Of a DNA stretch of 64,000 nt, positions 1 through 10,174 are shown piece after piece; the first letter of the stretch is position 1, and the number at the start of each line of letters is the position of its first letter. This DNA is from Escherichia coli (GTDB lineage: Bacteria > Pseudomonadota > Gammaproteobacteria > Enterobacterales > Enterobacteriaceae): assembly GCF_003334305.1 (NCBI RefSeq), contig NZ_QOWS01000001.1. The stretch is one strand, 5' to 3'. A program made the position numbers and the translations under genes. A model generated the notes under the pieces. That model saw only the letters and a list, made by a program, of their open reading frames with translations. It was not told the DNA's origin and made no database searches.

Positions 1-408
1 ACGGTGATTACCAACAGTCTCCCGGCTGCGTTTGCCCTTTCCGAAAATAAAGACATTACTCTGGTCGTCTGCGGTGGCACGGTCCGCCATAAAACGCGAT
101 CTATGCATGGATCTATTGCTGAACGTTCCCTGCAGGATATTAATGCCGATTTAATGTTTGTCGGTGCTGATGGTATTGATGCGGTTAATGGTATTACGAC
201 CTTTAATGAAGGTTATTCGATTAGCGGTGCGATGGTCACCGCCGCTAATAAAGTGATTGCCGTTCTCGATTCATCGAAATTTAACCGTCGCGGTTTTAAT
301 CAGGTACTGCCAATCGAAAAAATTGACATTATTATTACCGATGATGCTGTATCAGAGGTGGATAAACTGGCATTGCAGAAGACACGGGTAAAATTAATTA
401 CGGTGTAG
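1..408 (+). CDS. gatR: DeoR-family transcriptional repressor, C-terminal part (5' end outside window)
   Basis: Open frame runs from the window edge to a stop at 408; the translation (VVCGGTVRH…FVGADGID…ITTFNEGY…) looks like a DeoR-family sugar-phosphate-binding effector domain, and the position next to yegS fits gatR. Confidence 0.6.
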   Translation, partial: TVITNSLPAAFALSENKDITLVVCGGTVRHKTRSMHGSIAERSLQDINADLMFVGADGIDAVNGITTFNEGYSISGAMVTAANKVIAVLDSSKFNRRGFNQVLPIEKIDIIITDDAVSEVDKLALQKTRVKLITV

Positions 409-489
409 TATTGTTCTGTATGCCGGATAAGGTATTTACACCGCATCCGGCATTTCGGATTCTCCCTGGTTCAAGAGAGAATAGTTTGA

Positions 490-1389
490 TTAACGCAATA
501 ATGGACAATCTGGTGGTAATCGACAACGCAACGCCGCCGGAAGTATTTCAATATGAAAGTTTTGTCCGCTCAACGGTTCGCCATCAAGATTAAAAGTGAT
601 TTCGTGTGGGGCTTGTATATCAAACCACGACGAAGCGCCTTCGATAATATTCGGGTTATCTTCGTCAGATTTTAAGGTTGATACGAGAGCCGGAAGAATT
701 TCATCGCCGGTAAAAATGCGCAGTTGCAGCAAGCCATCGTTAATTAACGCGTTCGGACACAATTGCTGACCGCCACCGGCCTGACGCCCGTTACCAATAC
801 CAATGACCAGGGCGTCACCTTGCCAGTGAAAGTTTTCACCGCGGATTTCACAACGGTCCGGTTGCAGAGTATCCATGCGCATTAAGCCATGAATGATGTA
901 AGAGACGCCACCCAGCGCGGCTTTTAATTTTTCCGGCGTTTCTGTGGTAATACGCGTCCCAAATCCGCCTGTCGCCATATTAATAAAACAGGTTTGTTTG
1001 TTGACCTGCGCCATATCTATCGCAATGGCGTTACCGGCAATTGCCAGTTTCAGCGCCTTATCCAGTGCCTCAGGAATCCCTACACTGGTGGCAAAATCAT
1101 TGGCGGTTCCTAATGGCAAAATTCCCAGCGCGGGTATGTCATCCCCCTCACACTGAATCAACGCCGTAGAAACTTCATTAATGGTGCCATCGCCACCACC
1201 GGCAATCACCGTTGCGACGCCCAACTTCCGGGCCTCCTCTACATATCGTGCGGCATCGCCTTTCTCCCAGGTGACCCGCACATGGATCGTCATTCCTTCC
1301 TCACGCAACAGCATAATTGCTTCGCGCAAGGGTAGATTGTCAGTACTTTTGCCATTAAGAATCAGTAAGCTGGCGGGAAATTCTGCCAT
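490..1389 (-). CDS. yegS: lipid kinase YegS (DAG-kinase-like fold)
   Basis: 299-aa ORF; GGDGT motif and the NGKS…EEG…[15 protein letters not shown] pattern typical of YegS/diacylglycerol-kinase catalytic domains; length matches YegS. Confidence 0.85.
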   Translation of the reverse strand: MAEFPASLLILNGKSTDNLPLREAIMLLREEGMTIHVRVTWEKGDAARYVEEARKLGVATVIAGGGDGTINEVSTALIQCEGDDIPALGILPLGTANDFATSVGIPEALDKALKLAIAGNAIAIDMAQVNKQTCFINMATGGFGTRITTETPEKLKAALGGVSYIIHGLMRMDTLQPDRCEIRGENFHWQGDALVIGIGNGRQAGGGQQLCPNALINDGLLQLRIFTGDEILPALVSTLKSDEDNPNIIEGASSWFDIQAPHEITFNLDGEPLSGQNFHIEILPAALRCRLPPDCPLLR

Positions 1390-1803
1390 GATCGTATGTG
1401 CCTTTATGATTGGTCTGTAGATAGTGTAGAGCAGAAAACAAAAGGTGGAGTCAGAACAGGATGAAAGTCGGAGGATAAAAAGTCAGTTCAAGTATGGAGG
1501 ATTCAGTGGTTACCACCAGGAGCTTGCAATGGGGACAGCGAATACTAACGGCTGCCACCGATAAATTTCAAAAAAGAGCATATGCCTAATATTCAACCAA
1601 ACAGTGGCATCTTAAATATACTATTCCAAATATATTAAAGCCCCCATGGAGTTACCCTGAAGGGCCTCAATGTCCGTAATTCCTACTTATGTAGGAAATG
1701 TTGTACAGAACATTTATTATAATCCTATTCAATTATAATAATCATGCCATTATTATATTTAAACACTAGAGAGTGTCGTTGGTATTTAATGGGGGAAGGT
1801 GAG

Positions 1804-2121
1804 ATGAAAAAGATAGCTGCTATATCATTAATTAGTATTTTTATTATGTCTGGTTGTGCTGTGCATAATGATGAGACAAGTATCGGTAAATTTGGTCTTG
1901 CATATAAAAGTAATATTCAGCGTAAACTCGATAACCAATACTACACCGAAGCCGAAGCTTCTTTAGCCAGGGGCAGAATATCTGGTGCAGAAAATATAGT
2001 AAAAAATGATGCAGCCCATTTCTGTGTTACTCAGGGCAAAAAAATGCAGATAGTTGACCTGAAGACAGAAGGTGCAGGATTACATGGCGTCGCTCGTCTG
2101 ACATTCAAATGTGGAGAGTGA
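1804..2121 (+). CDS. yegR: small lipoprotein YegR-like (105 aa)
   Basis: MKKIAAISLISIFIMSGC lipobox signal peptide; 105 aa from the internal Met of the listed 125-aa ORF; position between yegS and the prophage. Confidence 0.55.
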   Translation: MKKIAAISLISIFIMSGCAVHNDETSIGKFGLAYKSNIQRKLDNQYYTEAEASLARGRISGAENIVKNDAAHFCVTQGKKMQIVDLKTEGAGLHGVARLTFKCGE

Positions 2122-2279
2122 GAATATTTTTTGGTAAGCGTCAAACATGCGCGTTCTGGTTGTGCTTAGCCGGAACCTGTGCGAGCACGATGCCGTTACG
2201 TGAAAGGCATCGTGCTATGAAGGGAGATTCTATCGATGTGGTCAATGGAAGACGGTGACCAGGGATAGGGCTTATGCAT

Positions 2280-2306
2280 AAAAAATAAGCCCGTGTAAGG
2301 GAGATT
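2280..2306. repeat. attL core (27 bp, AAAAAATAAGCCCGTGTAAGGGAGATT)
   Basis: Exact direct repeat of 33122..33148, read directly from the sequence; lies immediately beside the integrase gene. Confidence 0.85.
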
Positions 2307-2385
2307 TAGGGTGTCACCAGTAGGGGCTTTCAACGGTACAATGCGGGTTTGAGCGGCATAAATTACCACTGAAAGCCCTTAAACG

Positions 2386-3399
2386 TTACTCTACTGTGGA
2401 CACTGTGTGGACACTCTCGGCCTCAGTACCACCTCTTAGCGGATTAAGAGAAATGGCGTCCTGAAGGTACTCTGGCGCAAAATGAGCGTAAACCATAGTT
2501 TGCTCAATCCGCGTGTGACCTAGTATCCGTTGTAGCGTGATAATACTTCCTCCATTAATCATGAAATGAGTGGCAAAGCTGTGCCTTAGTGCATGTGTGG
2601 CTTGCCCCATTGGCAAATCCGGTTTTATTGCTTTCATTGTTCGTCTGAAGCGAGGGTAATCAGCATCAGGGAATAAAAAACCTCGTTTGTTATCCGCGAT
2701 CATTTTGGCAACAGCCTCTGAGATCGGGACGGTGCGTGGTTTGTTTGTTTTCGTTTTAACAAACGTGACGCGGTTATGGATGATATTTTCTGCTTTCAAA
2801 CGAGCTGCTTCTCCCCAACGTGCTCCTGTACTCAGGCAAAGAATCGCAATCTTTTTATTGTCGCCGTCAAGTGCTGCAAGCAGTAAGGCAATTTCTTCCT
2901 GTGTTAGATAGCCTGTTTCTGGTTTTTCCTCCTTAAGCCTTTTTGTCCCTCTGATAGGGTGCTCACCAAAGAATAACTCCGCTTCAATCAGGGCTGTAAA
3001 CATGCCGCTAATACATGTTAAATCACGATTGATACTCGAAGGTTTAATACCCTGACTTCTTCGGGTGGCGCAGTACTGGCTGATAAGCGATTTCGTAATT
3101 TGAAATGCGCATGGGTCATTCGTTATTTTTGTGAAGATTTCAATTTTTCCAAGATTAGATTTCCCATGCTCTTCGTGTTTACCCTTTAAATCCCACCAGA
3201 TCTGTGTCAGCTCCGACAGACGTCGCTTGTCTGTTGGTTTTGATAGCCATTCTTTATTGTGGTGGTTGTACAACGTGTATTTCTCGAAAGCGACAGCTTC
3301 GCTTTTCTTATCAAACTTCCTACGGATGCGTTTTCCATTACGTCCAGTAGGGCGGATGTCCACTTCATATCGACCATCATCGAGTTTTTTGATTGCCAT
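2386..3399 (-). CDS. int: tyrosine integrase (P2 Int-like, 337 aa)
   Basis: 337 aa as in P2 Int; C-terminal HxxR…Y catalytic region (ATHALRHSFATHF…MVYAHF); adjacent to attL. Confidence 0.9.
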   Translation of the reverse strand: MAIKKLDDGRYEVDIRPTGRNGKRIRRKFDKKSEAVAFEKYTLYNHHNKEWLSKPTDKRRLSELTQIWWDLKGKHEEHGKSNLGKIEIFTKITNDPCAFQITKSLISQYCATRRSQGIKPSSINRDLTCISGMFTALIEAELFFGEHPIRGTKRLKEEKPETGYLTQEEIALLLAALDGDNKKIAILCLSTGARWGEAARLKAENIIHNRVTFVKTKTNKPRTVPISEAVAKMIADNKRGFLFPDADYPRFRRTMKAIKPDLPMGQATHALRHSFATHFMINGGSIITLQRILGHTRIEQTMVYAHFAPEYLQDAISLNPLRGGTEAESVHTVSTVE

Positions 3400-3514
3400 C
3401 AGAAAACCCTCCGAGTGGTGTGTTTTTTTGCGACTACTAATCGCTTTTTTCGTGGTGGCTGAAATTTAGCCACCAATAGTAGGCACTTGTGATGAATATA
3501 TTCACGATGAATTG

Positions 3515-3814
3515 TTAACCAGTCTTTTGACCGGAGTGGGGCGACGTTGTTTCGTTTTGCCCAAAGTGTGCGAGAGCGGGCGCAATTTGCCCGGACTCAG
3601 GAGCGATCTGATTGGTCATGAACCATAAAGTGTATTTGGTGAATTGTGGGGTCTGCAGGATGTTCATCATGACATCTGTTGGAGGTGTTGAACGACCACT
3701 TTCATAGTAACTCAGCGTGCCATACGGAACCCCTGTTAAATCAGCAAGTTGTTGTCTGCTCAAATACTCTGATTTTCGCATTAAGACTATCTTCTCGCTT
3801 ATCGTGTTTGACAT
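3515..3814 (-). CDS. C: immunity repressor C (99 aa)
   Basis: 99 aa with an N-terminal HTH (LSRQQLADLTGVPYGTLSYYE); divergent from cox, as in the P2 lysis-lysogeny switch. Confidence 0.8.
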   Translation of the reverse strand: MSNTISEKIVLMRKSEYLSRQQLADLTGVPYGTLSYYESGRSTPPTDVMMNILQTPQFTKYTLWFMTNQIAPESGQIAPALAHFGQNETTSPHSGQKTG

Positions 3815-3928
3815 GGTGTTTAGATCTCAATAGTATTTAGTTTAGATGTAGATTGTTTAGTGCTTGGATGTGGGCACTAAAAGGCATTATAAGACATTAA
3901 ACGCAATTCATGAGGGCTAGAGGACGAC

Positions 3929-4204
3929 ATGAGCAAGCAAGTAACACTCATGACTGATGCGATTCCTTATCAGGAGTTCGCAAAACTAATAGGAAAATCG
4001 ACAGGAGCGGTTCGTCGGATGATCGATAAAGGAAAGCTGCCTGTAATTGATATGACCGATCCACAATCAGCTTCAGGTCGTGCAGGTGAATATTGGGTAT
4101 ACCTTCCGGCATGGAATAACGGACTAAAACTGGCTTATGAAAGCCGCCCTAAAGAGATTCGTGACGGCTGGTTGATGTGGTTAGGTCTCGGTGAACCACG
4201 TTAA
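3929..4204 (+). CDS. cox: Cox excisionase / early repressor (91 aa)
   Basis: 91 aa, same size as P2 Cox; divergently transcribed from C, first gene of the early operon. Confidence 0.8.
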   Translation: MSKQVTLMTDAIPYQEFAKLIGKSTGAVRRMIDKGKLPVIDMTDPQSASGRAGEYWVYLPAWNNGLKLAYESRPKEIRDGWLMWLGLGEPR

Positions 4205-4385
4205 GGAGAACCGTATGAATGAGCCTCGTTGTATTGCTCAGTTACTGCGTAACGAAAGCCCCAGGGCGATTGACTTCACCATCACCCACGGTAAGGGGCG
4301 TAAGGGAATCATTATCCGCACCAAAAAACAGAGTCCGTTAAAAAAGGCTCTGACCTTTCTGAAAAGCCGGAGGGTATGGAAATGA
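4191..4385 (+). CDS. small early-operon hypothetical protein (P2 orf78 position)
   Basis: 64-aa ORF overlapping the cox stop and ending at the B start; support is positional only. Confidence 0.35.
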   Translation: MNHVKENRMNEPRCIAQLLRNESPRAIDFTITHGKGRKGIIIRTKKQSPLKKALTFLKSRRVWK

Positions 4386-4882
4386 CAGTGATGACGCTCA
4401 ATCTCGTTGAAAAACAGCCAGCAGCTATGCGCCGGATAATTGGTAAGCATCTTGCCGTTCCTCGCTGGCAGGATACATGTGATTATTATAATCAGATGAT
4501 GGAGCGCGAACGGTTAACGGTTTGCTTCCATGCTCAGTTAAAACAGCGTCACGCAACGATGTGTTTTGAAGAAATGAACGACGTCGAACGTGAACGACTG
4601 GTATGTGCAATTGATGAATTGCGTGGTGCATTCTCAAAACGCCGTCAGGTTGGCGCAAGTGAGTATGCATATATTAGTTTTTTAACAGTCAGTCAGCGTC
4701 GTACTTTATTTATGCATGCCGGATTGACTGAAAAAGAATTCAACCAGCCATACTGGCGAATTAATGAAGAGTCATGTTACTGGCGTGATGCTTTATTCCG
4801 TGCATTACGTGAATTATTCAGTCTGTTTGAGTATGCACCGACAATTCTGACGTCGGTAAAACCGGAGCAATATCTGCATTAA
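4376..4882 (+). CDS. B: replication protein B (helicase-loader-like)
   Basis: 168-aa ORF in the P2 gene B position and of the same size class (P2 B ~166 aa). Confidence 0.7.
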   Translation: MEMTVMTLNLVEKQPAAMRRIIGKHLAVPRWQDTCDYYNQMMERERLTVCFHAQLKQRHATMCFEEMNDVERERLVCAIDELRGAFSKRRQVGASEYAYISFLTVSQRRTLFMHAGLTEKEFNQPYWRINEESCYWRDALFRALRELFSLFEYAPTILTSVKPEQYLH

Positions 4883-4912
4883 GTAATTAACCAGAGTTTT
4901 TAACGCACTTAA

Positions 4913-5170
4913 TTGTGCGGGGCTTCTTTTTGCCTGGAGAAAGTTATGCATACAGTTTCTGAAAATCAGTGCGGTATATACGCATTACTGCTGCAACAGG
5001 CCAGAACCGAAGCACAGGCCGACGCTGCGACGCGCTTTTCTTCTCATCTTGATGCCATGATTCGCCACATCACAAAGGCGGAGTTATCCCGCGTGGAGAT
5101 AGTCGAGCTGCTCAGTCAGGAGTCGGAAAAATTTCACAATATCGGATTGTCTCGCGGGGAGGTGCTTTGA
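4913..5170 (+). CDS. early-operon hypothetical protein (P2 orf80 position)
   Basis: 85-aa ORF, translationally coupled to the next gene (overlapping stop/start). Confidence 0.45.
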
Positions 5171-5472
5171 TGTTCTGTTCTCGTGCAGTTGTATTACTGA
5201 ATAACGCCTTAAAAATCGCCGTTATGAAAAATGGCGATTTGTCTCTTATTCAACTTGGTCTTGATAAAGAAAAACGCGAAATAACTGAATCTGTTATCGC
5301 GATTTATCAGAGTGAATTAAACCTCCTGTCTGATGTGGTCAATTTACTTGTTAAACGCGCTGTATTTCACAAGCAAATTTCCTCCGTGGATGAACTGACG
5401 AAATTAACGACAGAAATCGCCAGCTATTGCGCTGATGAATTTAAAAAACTGAACGACAAAAGGAACTGGTAA
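5167..5472 (+). CDS. early-operon hypothetical protein (P2 orf81 position)
   Basis: 101-aa ORF; overlapping stop/start with neighbours on both sides. Confidence 0.5.
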
Positions 5473-5696
5473 TGCCGGACAACGTAGATTTTATTCAGGA
5501 ACAACAGGCTGAATTACTGGAGCGCCAGATTAACGCGGCAAGGGTAAAACATTGCGGTGCTTCTGCGCTGGTTTGCGAAGAGTGTGACGCGCCAATACCT
5601 GCTGCCCGTCGTGCGGCTTACCCGTCAGCCACGCGTTGTGTTTCCTGTCAGTCAGTCTTTGAAGCAAAAAACAAACATTACCGGAGAACGGCATGA
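5472..5696 (+). CDS. TraR/DksA-family C4 zinc-finger protein (P2 orf82 position)
   Basis: 74 aa with a CxxC-N17-CxxC arrangement (CEECDAP…RCVSCQ), the C4-type zinc finger of TraR/DksA-like proteins. Confidence 0.6.
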   Translation: MPDNVDFIQEQQAELLERQINAARVKHCGASALVCEECDAPIPAARRAAYPSATRCVSCQSVFEAKNKHYRRTA

Positions 5697-5968
5697 GTAT
5701 TCGTATTGAAATTGGCGAACGTTATGTCGTTACCAGTGACAGCTTTCAGTTTATTCTCCACGAGAAAAAGAGAGCGGAAAGCGGTAAAAACGCCGGTCAG
5801 GAATGGCTGGCGGTGGTTGGTTATTACCCGAAATTAAGCCAGCTCGTTTCAGGCCTGATGCATCACGATATTCTGACCGGAAGCGCAAAGTCTTTTGCTG
5901 ATTTAAACGTGCAGGTTGAGCAACTCAGCAAGCGTTGTTCAGAGGCTTTTGGCTCATATGGCCGTTAA
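5693..5968 (+). CDS. early-operon hypothetical protein (P2 orf83 position)
   Basis: 91-aa ORF overlapping the start of gene A. Confidence 0.45.
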   Translation: MSIRIEIGERYVVTSDSFQFILHEKKRAESGKNAGQEWLAVVGYYPKLSQLVSGLMHHDILTGSAKSFADLNVQVEQLSKRCSEAFGSYGR

Positions 5969-8243
5969 AGCCTCCGGGCGTTTTGTCCCTCCGTCAGCAT
6001 TTGCCGCAGGCACCGGTAAGATGTTTACCGGTGCTTATGCATGGAACGCGCCACGCGAGGCCGTCGGGCGCGAAAGACCCCTTACACGTGACGAGATGCG
6101 TCAGATGCAAGGTGTTTTATCCACGATTAACCGCCTGCCTTACTTTTTGCGCTCGCTGTTTACTTCACGCTATGACTACATCCGGCGCAATAAAAGCCCG
6201 GTGCACGGGTTTTATTTCCTCACATCCACTTTTCAGCGTCGTTTATGGCCGCGCATTGAGCGTGTGAATCAGCGCCATGAAATGAACACCGACGCGTCGT
6301 TGCTGTTTCTGGCAGAGCGTGACCACTATGCGCGCCTGCCGGGAATGAATGACAAGGAGCTGAAAAAGTTTGCCGCCCGTATCTCATCGCAGCTTTTCAT
6401 GATGTATGAGGAACTCAGCGATGCCTGGGTGGATGCACATGGCGAAAAAGAATCGCTGTTTACGGATGAGGCGCAGGCTCACCTCTATGGTCATGTTGCT
6501 GGCGCTGCACGTGCTTTCAATATTTCCCCGCTTTACTGGAAAAAATACCGTAAAGGACAGATGACCACGAGGCAGGCATATTCTGCCATTGCCCGTCTGT
6601 TTAACGATGAGTGGTGGACTCATCAGCTCAAAGGCCAGCGTATGCGCTGGCATGAGGCGTTACTGATTGCTGTCGGGGAGGTGAATAAAGACCGTTCTCC
6701 TTATGCCAGTAAACATGCCATTCGTGATGTGCGTGCACGCCGCCAGGCAAATCTGGAATTTCTTAAATCGTGTGACCTTGAAAACAGGGAAACCGGCGAG
6801 CGCATCGACCTTATCAGTAAGGTGATGGGCAGTATTTCTAATCCTGAAATTCGCCGGATGGAGCTGATGAACACCATTGCCGGTATTGAGCGTTACGCCG
6901 CCGCAGAGGGTGATGTGGGGATGTTTATCACGCTTACCGCGCCTTCAAAGTATCACCCGACACGTCAGGTCGGAAAAGGCGAAAGTAAAACCGTCCAGCT
7001 AAATCACGGCTGGAACGATGAGGCATTTAATCCAAAGGATGCGCAGCGTTATCTCTGCCATATCTGGAGCCTGATGCGCACGGCATTCAAAGATAATGAT
7101 TTACAGGTCTACGGTTTGCGTGTCGTCGAGCCACACCACGACGGAACGCCGCACTGGCATATGATGCTTTTTTGTAATCCACGCCAGCGTAACCAGATTA
7201 TCGAAATCATGCGTCGCTATGCGCTCAAAGAGGATGGCGACGAAAGAGGAGCCGCGCGAAACCGTTTTCAGGCAAAACACCTTAACCAGGGCGGTGCTGC
7301 GGGGTATATCGCGAAATACATCTCAAAAAACATCGATGGCTATGCACTGGATGGTCAGCTCGATAACGATACCGGCAGACCGCTGAAAGACACTGCTGCG
7401 GCTGTTACCGCATGGGCGTCAACGTGGCGCATCCCACAATTTAAAACGGTTGGTCTGCCGACAATGGGGGCTTACCGTGAACTACGCAAATTGCCTCGCG
7501 GCGTCAGCATTGCTGATGAGTTTGACGAGCGCGTCGAGGCTGCACGCGCCGCCGCAGACAGTGGTGATTTTGCGTTGTATATCAGCGCGCAGGGTGGGGC
7601 AAATGTCCCGCGCGATTGTCAGACTGTCAGGGTCGCCCGTAGTCCGTCGGATGAAGTTAACGAGTACGAGGAAGAAGTCGAGAGAGTGGTCGGCATTTAC
7701 GCGCCGCATCTCGGCGCGCGTCATATTCATATCACCAGAACGACGGACTGGCGCATTGTGCCGAAAGTTCCGGTCGTTGAGCCTCTGACTTTAAAAAGCG
7801 GCATCGCCGCGCCTCGGAGTCCTGTCAATAACTGTGGAAAGCTCACCGGTGGTGATACTTCGTTACCGGCTCCCACACCTTCTGAACACGCCGCAGCAGT
7901 GCTTAATCTGGTTGATGACGGTGTTATCGAATGGAATGACCCGGAGGTCGTGAGGGCGCTCAGGGGCGCATTAAAATACGGGCTGAGAACACCAAATCGT
8001 CAGCAGAGAAACGGAAGCCCGTTAAAACCACATGAAATTGCACCATCGGCCAGACTGACCCGGTCGGAAAGAATGCAAATTACCCGTATCCGCGTTGACC
8101 TTGCTCAGAACGGTATCAGGCCGCAGCGATGGGAGCTTGAGGCGCTGGCGCGTGGCGCGACCGTAAATTATGACGGGAAAAAATTCACGTATCCGGTCGC
8201 TGATGAGTGGCCGGGATTCTCAACAGTAATGGCGCGGATATAA
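5958..8243 (+). CDS. A: replication initiation endonuclease A (rolling-circle initiator)
   Basis: Listed ORF is 775 aa, roughly 760 aa from the internal Met; rolling-circle Rep-type motifs are visible (HWHMMLF HUH-like motif; GAAGYIAKYISK active-site tyrosine region). Exact start uncertain (5916 or 5958). Confidence 0.85.
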   Translation: MAVKASGRFVPPSAFAAGTGKMFTGAYAWNAPREAVGRERPLTRDEMRQMQGVLSTINRLPYFLRSLFTSRYDYIRRNKSPVHGFYFLTSTFQRRLWPRIERVNQRHEMNTDASLLFLAERDHYARLPGMNDKELKKFAARISSQLFMMYEELSDAWVDAHGEKESLFTDEAQAHLYGHVAGAARAFNISPLYWKKYRKGQMTTRQAYSAIARLFNDEWWTHQLKGQRMRWHEALLIAVGEVNKDRSPYASKHAIRDVRARRQANLEFLKSCDLENRETGERIDLISKVMGSISNPEIRRMELMNTIAGIERYAAAEGDVGMFITLTAPSKYHPTRQVGKGESKTVQLNHGWNDEAFNPKDAQRYLCHIWSLMRTAFKDNDLQVYGLRVVEPHHDGTPHWHMMLFCNPRQRNQIIEIMRRYALKEDGDERGAARNRFQAKHLNQGGAAGYIAKYISKNIDGYALDGQLDNDTGRPLKDTAAAVTAWASTWRIPQFKTVGLPTMGAYRELRKLPRGVSIADEFDERVEAARAAADSGDFALYISAQGGANVPRDCQTVRVARSPSDEVNEYEEEVERVVGIYAPHLGARHIHITRTTDWRIVPKVPVVEPLTLKSGIAAPRSPVNNCGKLTGGDTSLPAPTPSEHAAAVLNLVDDGVIEWNDPEVVRALRGALKYGLRTPNRQQRNGSPLKPHEIAPSARLTRSERMQITRIRVDLAQNGIRPQRWELEALARGATVNYDGKKFTYPVADEWPGFSTVMARI

Positions 8244-8599
8244 TGACAAAGATTCACAAAGTAAAGCTGCACGCAAGATATTTCAACCTTGTGCTGGAGG
8301 AAAAAGAAACGCACAGAATTTAGGGGGATAGCCGTTATCATGTGTATGAAGCACTTGAAATGTATCTGCATCACTTGGGAGTGTGTCAACGGGGAATTTC
8401 CATCTATGTGATTTTTTGAGAGCAATGCAGTGAAGATAAAGATACTTATTATAAATCAATGTGATAGATGGTGCCTCGCAAACGTAAATGATAGTTTTGA
8501 AGCTTCAGGGCTGATGTCGTTCATAAGACTATGTTTACGCTATCATTTATGATAAAAATAATTAATTTTTATCATAAAGATTCAACAGAGGATATGTTG

Positions 8600-10105
8600 A
8601 TGAATCAACTAAAATCAATGAATATCAATAAGTTACTTTTGGATGTTGATAACCCTCGTTTCCCGACGTCAGCAGAAAATCAGCGTGATGCTATTGCCAA
8701 GATGCTTGACTTGCAGTACGACCGCATTTATCGCTTGGCTAAAGATATTGCTTCGAAAGGTTTAGATCCGTCTGAAAACATATTAGTTTATCCTAGTGAA
8801 GAGGAATCTGGCTTTTTCGTCGTTGCTGAAGGTAATCGTCGAGTTACAGCCCTTAAACTTTTACACTCTCCTAGACTTGCACCAACAGAAAAAGCACGGA
8901 AAGCTTTTGAAAAACTTAAGATTACTCAGCTTAAAGATATTAATGTTATAGATAACTGCGTTCTTTTTGACGATGATGAATATGAGCATTGGGTCAATTT
9001 AAAGCATACTGGTCAAAATGCTGGAGTTGGAAGAGTTGAATGGACTGCAACAGAAAAAGCACGACATCTGGCTAGGATGGGTAAGCAGTCATTTGGTAAT
9101 CAAATACTTACATTTATAGAGTTCAATACTGATTTATATAAAGAGATAATTGCTAAAAAAAGACTTTTAAAAATCACAAACATCACGCGTCTTTTTGGTG
9201 ATTTAAAGGTGAGGGATTATTTTAATTTAAAAAGCATTAATGGAGTTCTATACTCATATCAGCCTTATGAACGTTTTTGTGCACAATTAAAAAATATTTT
9301 AGATGTAATGATTGAAGAGGATGATAAAGGTAAGGCTTGTTTTACTGTTAATAGGATTCGTAGCCAAGATGACAGGGTTACATTTATTATTGAACAAAAA
9401 ATAAAACCTTCAGAATCTCTTTTAGATAAGCCGTGGAGTTTATTAGAGCCTAAATCTTTTCTTACAGAGAAAAAACATGATTCTATTGACAAAAATGATG
9501 CATCTGTGAGTGTAAAGAAAGCAGGTCTTTCAGAAGGTGATGCCTTAAAGAATACAGGTGTGGATAAACAGGAAGATGATTATTCTAGACATGTAGGCAC
9601 AGAAGAGAGTAAATCTAAAGTTTCGGGTACGGAACAGAATAAAAACAAGGGAAAAACTCCTCCTAAAGTAGATCGTAATGTGTTGGTGCCATCTTATGTG
9701 AAATTTAATTTTAGAGGGCATAAGAAATGCTCTAGAATATTTAATGAGCTTAAGTCGCATCTGACATTTGATAACACCCCTAATGCTATCTCAATATTGT
9801 TGAGAATATTTATAGATCTCTCTGTAAGCACTTTTGTTGAAGAAAACAAGTTACAATTTAAGGAACCACATAGAACTCCAGGGCTTCATGATAAGGTTAA
9901 AATGTGTGCTAATTTCCTTCGGGAAAATAAAAAGATGACGGGGAGTCAATGTACGGCTGTAATAACTTTCTCGAGCCAAATAACTAAACATGATGGTTCA
10001 TTGCAGCAGTATGTACATAACCCACACTTAATTCCCTCAAAAGAGGCTGTCAACACTGAGTGGGATAACTTTGAGTTGTTATTAAGCCTTATTTGGAGTG
10101 AGTGA
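8600..10105 (+). CDS. ParB/Srx-fold N-terminal domain protein (~501 aa) with K/E-rich linker and uncharacterised C-terminal domain; cargo gene
   Basis: N-terminus INKLLLDVDNPRF followed by FVVAEGNRRVTALKLL, which match ParB N-domain box I and the GxRR arginine patch. Start chosen at MNQLK because AGAGGA lies 7 nt upstream. Visibly AT-rich with atypical codon usage; occupies the P2 tin/old slot. Confidence 0.7.
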   Translation: MNQLKSMNINKLLLDVDNPRFPTSAENQRDAIAKMLDLQYDRIYRLAKDIASKGLDPSENILVYPSEEESGFFVVAEGNRRVTALKLLHSPRLAPTEKARKAFEKLKITQLKDINVIDNCVLFDDDEYEHWVNLKHTGQNAGVGRVEWTATEKARHLARMGKQSFGNQILTFIEFNTDLYKEIIAKKRLLKITNITRLFGDLKVRDYFNLKSINGVLYSYQPYERFCAQLKNILDVMIEEDDKGKACFTVNRIRSQDDRVTFIIEQKIKPSESLLDKPWSLLEPKSFLTEKKHDSIDKNDASVSVKKAGLSEGDALKNTGVDKQEDDYSRHVGTEESKSKVSGTEQNKNKGKTPPKVDRNVLVPSYVKFNFRGHKKCSRIFNELKSHLTFDNTPNAISILLRIFIDLSVSTFVEENKLQFKEPHRTPGLHDKVKMCANFLRENKKMTGSQCTAVITFSSQITKHDGSLQQYVHNPHLIPSKEAVNTEWDNFELLLSLIWSE

Positions 10106-10174
10106 GATTTGTCTACATCTGGACATGGATGTCCAGAAACTGATAAACTACAAAATCAGGAATGAGAGGGATTT

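Noticed and set aside
411-593. 60-aa forward ORF between gatR and yegS
   Set aside because: It overlaps the 3' end of yegS on the opposite strand and the intergenic region; no supporting signals.
8168-8425. 85-aa reverse-strand ORF in the interval between gene A and the ParB-like gene
   Set aside because: It overlaps the end of gene A and lies in what looks like the promoter region of the cargo cassette; no RBS or motif support.
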